From NCBI GenBank assembly GCA_946541195.1, contig CAMNJE010000115.1, positions 2,392 through 66,391 on the forward strand: a DNA stretch of 64,000 nucleotides. The letters are read 5' to 3'. Every line of letters begins with the position of its first letter. Within the stretch, counting starts at the first letter, position 1. The notes below the pieces were generated by a model, which worked only from the letters and a program-made list of their open reading frames with translations, was not told the DNA's origin and searched no databases. Source of the stretch: an uncultured Prevotella sp. GTDB taxonomy: Bacteria; Bacteroidota; Bacteroidia; Bacteroidales; Bacteroidaceae. The translations under genes were made by a program, and so were the position numbers. This document shows positions 9,173-17,960 of the stretch, piece after piece.

Positions 9173-11593
9173 TTATGACAACAGGCTGCCTATCTGATAG
9201 ATTACCGCTGAGGCTACCCAGGCGACGGCTGTGGTATAGCCGGCAGCAAAGAGAGCCCAGCGCCAGGAACTGGTCTCGTTCTTAATGGCGGCTATGGTTG
9301 CGATACAGGGGAAATAAAGCAATATAAATATAAGGTATGCGTAGGCCACCAATGGCGTGATGCCCTCTGAGAGCATCAAGTGCCGGAGATGGGTGTATTT
9401 CTCGTTGTCATCGCTGAACTCCTCGTCGTCGGCAAAGGAACTGTCACCGCTATAGAGCACACCGATGGTGGAGGCTACAATCTCCTTCGCTCCTACACCG
9501 GCCAACAGGCTGACATCGAGTTTCCAGTTGAAACCCTGTGGAATGAAGATTGGTTCGATGGCCTTTCCCATGCGTCCTAAATAACTCTGTTCCTGTTGTT
9601 CCTGTTGGGAAAGTTCTTCATGGTGGGGGAAATACTCGAGAGCCCAGACGATAATGCTGGCTACGAGTATGATGCCACCCATCTTCTTCAGGTACTCCTT
9701 TCCCTTTTCCCAGGTGTGGCGCCCAATGGCTTTAGGGGTTGGCCAGCGGTAGGGTGGAAGTTCCATCACGAAGGGGGTATCATCACCCTTGATGACAAAG
9801 GTCGAGAATAGTTTGCTGATGATGACTGCCATGAGGATGCCAATGGCATAAAGCGACATCATAACCCATGAGCGGTATTGCAGCGTGAAGAATGTGCCTA
9901 CCACCATGATATATATTGGAAGTCTGGCAGAGCAAGACATGAAGGGCAGGATCATCATCGTGATGATGCGTGATCGTCGGCTCTCGATGGTACGGGTCGC
10001 CATCACGGCTGGCACGTTACAACCGAAACCCATGATCAGGGGGATGAACGACTTGCCATGGAGTCCCATCTTATGCATCAGTTTGTCCATGATGAAGGCT
10101 GCACGAGCCATGTAGCCAGAATCTTCCATCAAGGAAATAAAGAAATAGAGGATGAGAATCTGCGGGAGGAAAACGATGACCGAGCCAACTCCGCCGATAA
10201 CACCATCAATCATCATTGCTTTCAGTGGACCATCGGGCATCATTGCGTTTACTTTGTCTCCTAACCATGCTACCCCAGACTCTATCCAGTCCATGGGGTA
10301 TTGTCCTATAGAGAAGGTCGTCTCGAACATGATGTAGAGCAACAGGAAGAAGATGGGGAAACCGAAATACTTGTTCGACAGGACATTGTCAATGGCATGA
10401 GTTACCTTATATGTATCTTCTTTAGTTCCAGTCTTGTAACCTGCTTCTTGTAGTGCACCGTTGATAAAGCCATATTTGGCATCCATGATGGCCGTTTCGG
10501 AGTCATTCTTCGTTTCCTCTTTCACTCGAGCCGAAGCCGTGTCGCGGGCACTCGTCAACTCATGGAATTCACGGATACGGTTCTCGCCTGCCATGTGGTT
10601 ACCAAGATAATCAAGCACGTGACTGTCATGTTCAAGTAACTTGATGGCCAGATATCGGGTGGAGTAGTGCTGACGGATATGTTCATCGATCTTCAGGTAT
10701 TTCTGAATGTGTGCGATGCCGTTTTCAATCTCATGACCATAGTTGATATGCAAGTGTCGTGTGGATTTGTTGGTGCCCTCATAGACCTGGATGACAGCCT
10801 TGAAGAGTTCCTTGACGCCAGTCCCGTTCTTGAACGATGTGGGTATCATCGGAAGTCCGAAGAGCGTACTAAGGGTATCCAGGTTGATCTGGTCTCCACG
10901 CCTCTCAAACTCATCGTACATATTCATGGCGCAGACCATGCGTATGTTCATGTCCACGAGTTGGGTGGTGAGATAGAGGTTGCGCTCAAGGTTTGAGGCA
11001 TCAATCACGTTGATTACGATATCGGGCATCTTCTCCGTAAGGTGTTCCCTGACATAAAGTTCCTCTGGTGTGTAACAGGAGAGTGAATATGTGCCAGGCA
11101 GATCAACGAGTTTGAACTCATAGCCGAAGAAGGAAGCATGGGCTTCAGAAGCATCTACCGTCACGCCACTGTAGTTTCCCACGTGTCCATGGGCACCAGA
11201 TGCGTAATTGAAGAGTGATGTCTTGCCGCAGTTTGGATTACCCACGAGTGCCACATTGATGGTGCGTCGCTTCTGAAAAGCGATATGTTGAAGATAGTCG
11301 TCCTGGTGGTCGGCGGCATTGATATGGTTCGTTGTCTTGGAATGGTTCTGTTCTTCCTCCAAAGCCTCATCTTCCGTGATGACCTCAATCATTTCGGCCT
11401 CCTGATGGCGGAGAGAGACCTCGTAGCCCATGATTTTATATTTCACAGGGTCCTGTAGGGGGGCATTAAGGAGGACATCCACCTTCTTACCCTTGATGAA
11501 TCCCATCTCAATGATACGTTTTCTGAATCCGCCGTGACCCAGTACTTTTACGATGATACCGCTTTCGCCTGTCTTTAGTTCTGAGAGTTTCAT
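9173..11593 (-). CDS. feoB: Ferrous iron transport protein B with N-terminal FeoA domain
   Basis: Start ATG 11593 ([12 protein letters not shown]...RKRIIEMGF, FeoA); G1 [15 protein letters not shown], multi-TM gate domains with [16 protein letters not shown] and MSCSARLP. Confidence 0.95.
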   Translation of the reverse strand: MKLSELKTGESGIIVKVLGHGGFRKRIIEMGFIKGKKVDVLLNAPLQDPVKYKIMGYEVSLRHQEAEMIEVITEDEALEEEQNHSKTTNHINAADHQDDYLQHIAFQKRRTINVALVGNPNCGKTSLFNYASGAHGHVGNYSGVTVDASEAHASFFGYEFKLVDLPGTYSLSCYTPEELYVREHLTEKMPDIVINVIDASNLERNLYLTTQLVDMNIRMVCAMNMYDEFERRGDQINLDTLSTLFGLPMIPTSFKNGTGVKELFKAVIQVYEGTNKSTRHLHINYGHEIENGIAHIQKYLKIDEHIRQHYSTRYLAIKLLEHDSHVLDYLGNHMAGENRIREFHELTSARDTASARVKEETKNDSETAIMDAKYGFINGALQEAGYKTGTKEDTYKVTHAIDNVLSNKYFGFPIFFLLLYIMFETTFSIGQYPMDWIESGVAWLGDKVNAMMPDGPLKAMMIDGVIGGVGSVIVFLPQILILYFFISLMEDSGYMARAAFIMDKLMHKMGLHGKSFIPLIMGFGCNVPAVMATRTIESRRSRIITMMILPFMSCSARLPIYIMVVGTFFTLQYRSWVMMSLYAIGILMAVIISKLFSTFVIKGDDTPFVMELPPYRWPTPKAIGRHTWEKGKEYLKKMGGIILVASIIVWALEYFPHHEELSQQEQQEQSYLGRMGKAIEPIFIPQGFNWKLDVSLLAGVGAKEIVASTIGVLYSGDSSFADDEEFSDDNEKYTHLRHLMLSEGITPLVAYAYLIFILLYFPCIATIAAIKNETSSWRWALFAAGYTTAVAWVASAVIYQIGSLLS

Positions 11594-11611
11594 GTCATTC
11601 TGTTTTTGCTG

Positions 11612-11619
11612 CAAAGATA
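11612..11619 (-). promoter_or_regulatory. -7 promoter box for feoB
   Basis: Minus strand TATCTTTG, 18 nt upstream of the ATG at 11593. Confidence 0.6.
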
Positions 11620-11655
11620 CATTAAAAAAGAATGCAATTCAGTTGCAACATCCTT

Positions 11656-12612
11656 CTATTGGTTGAATTTACCTACTAATGGGGATGGGTTATTGATGAC
11701 TTCTGCCAGTAATCTGGACAATTTTTCTGCCCCAGTGACTGTGAGATGACTGGAATCATTGAAGTCATCGGGAAGGAAGTCGGCTGCAAACATATAGTTA
11801 TAGTACTCTATATTGGGATACTTCTGCTGTAACTTCTTGACAAAATCCTGTATGTCGTTCAGGACAGTCTCGTTGACAGCCTCCTGATAGGTCTTATAGA
11901 CGGGGGTGTTGATGAGAATGAGTCTGACGCCTCGCTGGTTGGTCACATGTGCGATGGACTCATAAATTGTCCACAAATGATTATAGGTGTCTTGGTTGAT
12001 AGGTAGAGACGGGTCAAACTCATCAGCCAGATTCCTATACTCCCATCCTGGTCTTCTCTCTTCAAGATTAAGCCCTACAAAACCAAGGGAGTCGCATTCT
12101 TGAAGGACTTCAGGCCCATTCCAGAATCTGGACATGTAGTTCAGTTTGGAATTGAGAATTTCTGACCAATACCAGAACGGAGCAACATGAAGCCTCATAT
12201 ATTTAGTATGCATACAGTGGCATGTACCTATCAGGCTGACACCATTGTTGGTCTCCTTGGGATTGTGTTTCAGGCGTCCATACATAAAGGTCGAATAATC
12301 CATGTGCATCACCAATACCTTGAGACTATCCATTCTCGGAACGTATTTCTCGGCCAAAGCGGCATCGTATTCGTTAAGGCGGGCTGAGATAGCCAGGTTG
12401 AATGCGCCTGTGCCCAGCAATTCTGGCATAACCCCCTCTTCGACATGGGAACTGCCGAGAAGCAATATCCGAATATCGTTGAGGTGATCCTCCATGTACT
12501 GGTATTTATAGGAATAGATGTTGGGACGATAAAGCAGTCCTATTTCTATAATGCAACACATCAGAAACAGGAGGATGCCAAACTTTGATATGGTGATGAG
12601 AAATTTCTTCAT
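11656..12612 (-). CDS. Membrane-anchored SGNH/DltD-AlgJ-like periplasmic protein
   Basis: 318 aa; N-terminal TM, LLLGSSH (block I Ser), FNDSSHL (DxxH); directly follows an MBOAT gene. Confidence 0.65.
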   Translation of the reverse strand: MKKFLITISKFGILLFLMCCIIEIGLLYRPNIYSYKYQYMEDHLNDIRILLLGSSHVEEGVMPELLGTGAFNLAISARLNEYDAALAEKYVPRMDSLKVLVMHMDYSTFMYGRLKHNPKETNNGVSLIGTCHCMHTKYMRLHVAPFWYWSEILNSKLNYMSRFWNGPEVLQECDSLGFVGLNLEERRPGWEYRNLADEFDPSLPINQDTYNHLWTIYESIAHVTNQRGVRLILINTPVYKTYQEAVNETVLNDIQDFVKKLQQKYPNIEYYNYMFAADFLPDDFNDSSHLTVTGAEKLSRLLAEVINNPSPLVGKFNQ

Positions 12613-12616
12613 AATG

Positions 12617-14083
12617 TCAGAATTGGAAATAGATGAATGCCTGACTCCTGCCAGTAAACGTGATGATCAGCAAGATGATTATCAGATAGGTGACAAAGCG
12701 GACTGGCTGTTTGCGGAATATACGATAATCCTGCAGTTGAAGAGCATGCTCTTCCTTACGTTGGATCCATTCCAAGACCAATAGGAACAAACCAAAGAGG
12801 ATATAGAGTTTGCCATAATTGTCGATGATTGATTCACCCGACAATCCATTGCTTGCGAGATGATATATGAAATTGAATGCCTGACTTATGTTCTCAGCAC
12901 GAAATAGAATCAAGCCTACCGCAACTAATACATAGGTGGTTAGCATCTTCCCAAAGTCCTTTAGGAACGGTAAACCGTGATTGTTGGCTTTCAGTTTCTT
13001 ATTCTTGCCAAAAGCCCCAGAGAGGATGAGGGGGATAAACAGTAAACCGTGATAAAGTCCAAAACATGCAAAGGTCCAGTTCGCCCCATGCCAGAGCCCA
13101 ATCAATAGCAGATTGATCATGGCCGCCATCACGATACCCCATGTACCGATGGTTCTGAACGCAATGTTCAATGGCATGAACACATAGTCCGTGATCCATT
13201 GTGTAAGCGATATATGCCATCGGCGCCAGAACTCTGCCATGTTTCGGGCAATGAAGGGATGGTTGAAATTACGTGTCACCCTGTATCCGAGCAATTTTCC
13301 AACACCTATAGCCATATTGGAATAGCCGTCGAAATCAGCATAGAGTTGGATGGGGTAGAGGAGTGCGGCTATCAGAATCGTTGTGGATGATAACGTGTCA
13401 ACGCCCGACCAGGCGTTGTCTGTGATCAAGGCCAAGTTGTCGGCGAAACACATCTTGGTGAACATTCCCCATAGAATCTGCCGGCATCCGTCTGCCGCCA
13501 GAGCATAATCCAGGCGGTGTACATGGCGCATTTGAGGCAGGAACTTATCAGGGCGATCAATAGGTCCAGAGAGAATGGTGGGAAAGAAAGCAATATAGGC
13601 GGAAAATTCCGTCAAATCCTTGCTGGGCATAATATGTTCCCTATGTATCTCAATAATATAACTGATAAGTTTGAATGTGAAGAAACTGACGCCTACAGGC
13701 AGGATGATATTTAATGTACTCCACGATACCTGAAGGCCGATTGCCTGTAACAAGTCTGCTATGGACTGGGCGAAGAAGTTCAGATATTTGAAGTAAAGCA
13801 GGATCCCAATGCCAAGTATCACACTGAAGGTGGTAATTTGGGAGGCAGCCTTTATCTGTCCATTGTCCATCATCTTGCGAAGCCACAGTCCTATTCCCCA
13901 AAAGACAACGGTGGTGCCTAACAATAGGGGAATCATACGCCAATCGGCTATACCATAGAAGACATAACTGACAAACAGGAGCCAAGTATTCTGAAACTTA
14001 GGTGTCTTCAGCCAAACGGGTAGATAATAGATACAGAAAACAACTAAGAAGAATAGTAAGAAACTATAGGAATTGACAATCAT
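12617..14083 (-). CDS. MBOAT family O-acyltransferase (DltB/AlgI-like)
   Basis: 488 aa, polytopic; GVSFFTF, FFPTILSGPIDR, YADFDGYSNMAIG, EFWRRWHISL, GLWHGAN (catalytic His). Confidence 0.93.
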   Translation of the reverse strand: MIVNSYSFLLFFLVVFCIYYLPVWLKTPKFQNTWLLFVSYVFYGIADWRMIPLLLGTTVVFWGIGLWLRKMMDNGQIKAASQITTFSVILGIGILLYFKYLNFFAQSIADLLQAIGLQVSWSTLNIILPVGVSFFTFKLISYIIEIHREHIMPSKDLTEFSAYIAFFPTILSGPIDRPDKFLPQMRHVHRLDYALAADGCRQILWGMFTKMCFADNLALITDNAWSGVDTLSSTTILIAALLYPIQLYADFDGYSNMAIGVGKLLGYRVTRNFNHPFIARNMAEFWRRWHISLTQWITDYVFMPLNIAFRTIGTWGIVMAAMINLLLIGLWHGANWTFACFGLYHGLLFIPLILSGAFGKNKKLKANNHGLPFLKDFGKMLTTYVLVAVGLILFRAENISQAFNFIYHLASNGLSGESIIDNYGKLYILFGLFLLVLEWIQRKEEHALQLQDYRIFRKQPVRFVTYLIIILLIITFTGRSQAFIYFQF

Positions 14084-14087
14084 CCGT

Positions 14088-14330
14088 CTATCTTAGTTTT
14101 TCTTCCATAGAATTGACCATTTCTCCCACATTTCTCCATTTCATAATTTCCAGGGAGGTAAATTTGATGCCAAAAGACTTCTCGATGGCGACAATCAGTT
14201 GAATATGGCTTAGAGAGTCCCATTCCTCTATGTCATTGGCACTGGTCTCTTCTGTCAGATCCACATCATCAAGATCAAGCACATCGATAAAAATCTCATT
14301 TAATCTTTTAAAAATTTCTTGTCTTTCCAT
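14088..14330 (-). CDS. Acyl carrier protein
   Basis: 80 aa, acidic; EEWDSLSHIQL phosphopantetheine Ser motif. Confidence 0.9.
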   Translation of the reverse strand: MERQEIFKRLNEIFIDVLDLDDVDLTEETSANDIEEWDSLSHIQLIVAIEKSFGIKFTSLEIMKWRNVGEMVNSMEEKLR

Positions 14331-14353
14331 ATTTCTTTCAAATTATTGTTCTT

Positions 14354-15073
14354 TCAAATCATGTGTTGTGCAGCGTTAATGGGTATCTCCACTCCATTCA
14401 GTTGCTGACTGGCATTCATGAGCATGACAACAACCTGTGCCACTTCATCCGGCTCCAATAGTCTTTTGAGTGGATGGGCATTCTTCATCTGCTCTATCTG
14501 GAAATCTTCCACTTTACTGAAGTTTGTCTGCATATAATCTGGTAAAATGCAGTTTGAACTAATGTTAAAGCGACCACACTCCTTGCTGATGCTTTTGGAA
14601 ATCTGCAGGAGATAGGCTTTTGTGGCCGTATAGACAGAAAACCCTGTTGGGGGAACATCCATGATATAAGAGGTGATGATATTGATAATCTTGCCAAATT
14701 TGCGCTTTCTCATACCTGAGATGCATGCCTGTGTTATTTTAATAAAAGGTATGACGTTCCATTCAAAGGCCTTAGAGAAGTCTGCCACATCAGTCTTGTA
14801 AAAATGAGTGCCCTGCGGGTTGCCTGAATAGGCATTGTTGATAAGCACGTCAACTTGTATGTCTGATAGCATTTTGACAAAATAATCCACACTCTCCGCA
14901 CGGCAGAAGTCAACTGCCACAGCCTGGACATTGGCAAATCTACCAGCAAGTGCCATAGCCTCGTCCTCATGACGATGATAGGTAAAAACGACATGATTGT
15001 CTCTTGAAGCGGCACATTCTTCAACAAGTGCTTTGCCTAATCCAGAAGATCCTCCAGTAATGATAATATTCAT
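14354..15073 (-). CDS. SDR family oxidoreductase (FabG/ketoreductase-like)
   Basis: 239 aa; TGGSSGLG, LINNA, YTATK (YxxxK). Confidence 0.9.
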   Translation of the reverse strand: MNIIITGGSSGLGKALVEECAASRDNHVVFTYHRHEDEAMALAGRFANVQAVAVDFCRAESVDYFVKMLSDIQVDVLINNAYSGNPQGTHFYKTDVADFSKAFEWNVIPFIKITQACISGMRKRKFGKIINIITSYIMDVPPTGFSVYTATKAYLLQISKSISKECGRFNISSNCILPDYMQTNFSKVEDFQIEQMKNAHPLKRLLEPDEVAQVVVMLMNASQQLNGVEIPINAAQHMI

Positions 15074-15088
15074 TGTATTCTCGTCTGT

Positions 15089-15505
15089 TTATAATAACCC
15101 AACCTGAACATGGCCTTTTGCCACCAGTTGTCTGTCAGATTCTTGGACTTTGTAAAATTTCATCTTATAGGCCACCACGTTAACAGCCTCCGACACAGTA
15201 TCAATGCTTGATTCGAGCAGGATTTCGTCATTGAGGAAAACGGGCTTGTGGAAACTAATGTCCTGAGACTGTATCATGACTTCTCTGGAAGGCAGTAGCA
15301 TACCAACGAAATGGGAGATGAATGCGTTGAGGATATTGCCATACATCACTGGCGCGATGAATCCCTTCTGCTTAGCAAAAGCAGCATCAGTATGCAGGGG
15401 GTTATAGTCCCTGCTGCAACGCTGGAAACTATCATATACATCTGGTGTGACATGATAATGATAGGTTATATGAGCAGATTGTTCAGCAAATTCTTTTATC
15501 GTCAT
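15089..15505 (-). CDS. MaoC family (hot-dog fold) dehydratase
   Basis: 138 aa; DYNPLHTD hydratase-2 motif, FHKPVFLND. Confidence 0.85.
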   Translation of the reverse strand: MTIKEFAEQSAHITYHYHVTPDVYDSFQRCSRDYNPLHTDAAFAKQKGFIAPVMYGNILNAFISHFVGMLLPSREVMIQSQDISFHKPVFLNDEILLESSIDTVSEAVNVVAYKMKFYKVQESDRQLVAKGHVQVGLL

Positions 15506-17244
15506 GGTTTTCTTGATTCAATATAACATGTTCTGGGTTGATAGGACTCTACATCAAGCACATACTGTGAGGTGGAAGAACCTTTCAATGGTACAAAACC
15601 AAGTTGTGGGTAGTGTTGTTCCACCATCTTGTTTTTCGGTGTAGGGAGATATTCTCCGATGATGCGTTTGTAGCCAGCAGCCTTAGCATGTTCCACCATG
15701 GTGTTAAGGGTAAAGTTTTCCATGCCCCGTTTCAATACGCGGCAACTCATGAACCAAGTATCAACGAAGAGGGTCTGGGCATCCTGTTCCTTCATGATGA
15801 TGACGGCTATCAGACCGTTGTCACCAAATTTGTCACTTAGGGTAAAACTGAGGTCGATTGTTTTGGAATCATTAGCAAGAGCCTCAATGTCTGCCTCTGT
15901 ATAGCGAATGGTACGTAAGTTGAACTGGTTACTACGTTGGGAGAGTTGAGCAACACGAGGGGTATTGAACTTTGTAAATCCACTGACGACGGATACCATA
16001 TTGAGTGACTTCAGAAAGTCGTCCTCATTAGTGTATGTCTTGGAGAGAGACACACGCTTTGCCTCAACCTGATATTGCTTGGTACGGTCTTTGTCTGCCA
16101 TACTGTATGAAGCGGTCTCAAAAAGATTAAGACTATAAAGGTATTCCAGGTATTCTCCCGGATCCTCAGGTAATTCTGGGACCATTATGTCTGGAATATT
16201 ATCCCGCACAATATTCCGCTCGAAAGGATTGTCATCCAGAAAGACCATAGAGTCGAATCCGATATTTAGGATACTCTGAATAGTACGGATATTGTCAACC
16301 TTTGTTTCCCAGTTCGCTTGGAAGACTGCAATGTCATCAAGTCTCAATATCATGTCTGGATGCTTTTCAAAAGGCTCCTTGGCTGTTTCTTCGTTATTCT
16401 TGGAAGCCACGCAGATGATAATGCCACGCTGCCTAAGTTTTCTCACCCACATCTGAAATTCTGTGAATGCCTTCCCGATGCCTAATCCATGGCCTAATTG
16501 GATGCCTTCAAGACCATCGTCACCAATCACACCGCCCCATATCGTATTGTCCAAGTCAAGGATGAGGCACTTCTTGAACTTTCCCTTGACGGCACAAATG
16601 ATATCCATTACACGCGAAGCCACATAGGGGAGAGCATCCATAGACAAGATCATCTCCGTACTGACATAGACATTCGGCGCAAACATGAAGTCTCTACCTA
16701 ACTTGTTCTGCAGGGCCGCTATATCACAAATAAAGAGGTTCGGGTACTGCTGGGCAAGATTCATCAGTTCGTAATTCAGTTTACGTAACTGATATGTAAA
16801 AGATGAGCGGACTTTGTTGCTGTAACTGCCAAATACAGTATCTTCAATCTCTGGGTAGTTGAAATAGATGATTTTCTTGTTAGAGAGCGCAGGGTTATCA
16901 CAGATGGATAAAACGAATCGCAGACGTTCGTCAGCCAGATCATTCTGTTGCTCCTGACTTAGTGAACTGTGCAACTCACCTAATTTATGGGTGCTTTGGA
17001 ATACTACGATAAAGTCGGCATCGAACTGATACAACTCACTTGTGGGATCGAGAAACTGTCGTTCTACCTGATTGAACTCTGCTTCAAAGAGGTTGATATT
17101 ATAGTCTCTTGTTACACCAGTCCCTCGGATTGCAATTGCCAGAAACTGGGTAGCAGTATCGCCAAGTAAAGCAACTTTACAGGGTTGTAAACCATCTGGA
17201 ATATGCTTTTGCAACTTCTTGAGTACTTGGAACGGTTGTATCAT
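15502..17244 (-). CDS. FkbH-like HAD-IIIC glyceryl transferase/phosphatase
   Basis: 580 aa; KCLILDLDNTIWGGVIGDDG, SKNN, FLDDNPFER, QRSNQFNL, FMSCRVLKRG (acyl-accepting Cys). Confidence 0.92.
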   Translation of the reverse strand: MIQPFQVLKKLQKHIPDGLQPCKVALLGDTATQFLAIAIRGTGVTRDYNINLFEAEFNQVERQFLDPTSELYQFDADFIVVFQSTHKLGELHSSLSQEQQNDLADERLRFVLSICDNPALSNKKIIYFNYPEIEDTVFGSYSNKVRSSFTYQLRKLNYELMNLAQQYPNLFICDIAALQNKLGRDFMFAPNVYVSTEMILSMDALPYVASRVMDIICAVKGKFKKCLILDLDNTIWGGVIGDDGLEGIQLGHGLGIGKAFTEFQMWVRKLRQRGIIICVASKNNEETAKEPFEKHPDMILRLDDIAVFQANWETKVDNIRTIQSILNIGFDSMVFLDDNPFERNIVRDNIPDIMVPELPEDPGEYLEYLYSLNLFETASYSMADKDRTKQYQVEAKRVSLSKTYTNEDDFLKSLNMVSVVSGFTKFNTPRVAQLSQRSNQFNLRTIRYTEADIEALANDSKTIDLSFTLSDKFGDNGLIAVIIMKEQDAQTLFVDTWFMSCRVLKRGMENFTLNTMVEHAKAAGYKRIIGEYLPTPKNKMVEQHYPQLGFVPLKGSSTSQYVLDVESYQPRTCYIESRKP

Positions 17245-17246
17245 TA

Positions 17247-17948
17247 CTATTTATTTTCGAAATAATTCTCAAGTTCCATCTTAGCACTTCCACCTTCATT
17301 GGACAAGTCTTTGATGATCTGTCCTTTCTCAAGGAGGGCAATGCGAGTGGAAATGTCTATTGTATGAGTCAGATTATGACTGGATATGAGGATGGTGGCT
17401 CCTGTCTGCTGACGATACGCTGTCAACTCGTGTTTCAAAACATTCTGGCTGGAAGGGTCGAGGAAGTTGAAGGGCTCGTCAAGGATGACTAACTTCGGGT
17501 GGTTGAAGAGGGCAGAGATAATGCCAACCTTCTGTTTGTTCCCCGCAGAGAGGTTCCTGATCAGTTTCTTCTGGCCGAAGATCTCTCCTGCTGCCAGTCG
17601 TTCAAAATCCTTGAGTCTTGTTTCAACAGCCTCTTGTGACATGTTAGTGATCTTGCCGATAAAGGCAAAATACTCCTCTGGAGTCAGGAAATCTATAAGA
17701 AAGCCCTCATCTATAAATGCTCCAGTCTGGCTCTTCCATTCTTCAGACATAGCGGGGTTAATCCCGTCGAGGGTTATTTGCCCTTCATCGGGCTTCAACA
17801 GGTCAAGGAGCATGCGGAACAAAGTCGTCTTGCCTGCTCCATTATTGCCCACTAGCCCAAGGATATCCCCATCATTAATTGTAAACGAGGGGATATCGCA
17901 GGCTACTGTCTCACCAAATGATTTCTTTAGATTGTCTATGATAATCAT
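17247..17948 (-). CDS. ABC transporter ATP-binding protein (no adjacent permease)
   Basis: 233 aa; GNNGAGKT, LSAGNKQK, VILDEP, SSH. Confidence 0.9.
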   Translation of the reverse strand: MIIIDNLKKSFGETVACDIPSFTINDGDILGLVGNNGAGKTTLFRMLLDLLKPDEGQITLDGINPAMSEEWKSQTGAFIDEGFLIDFLTPEEYFAFIGKITNMSQEAVETRLKDFERLAAGEIFGQKKLIRNLSAGNKQKVGIISALFNHPKLVILDEPFNFLDPSSQNVLKHELTAYRQQTGATILISSHNLTHTIDISTRIALLEKGQIIKDLSNEGGSAKMELENYFENK

Positions 17949-17960
17949 ATAGTGTGGAGT

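Noticed and set aside
9173-11593. FeoA-FeoB fusion
   Set aside because: Common architecture in Bacteroidota.
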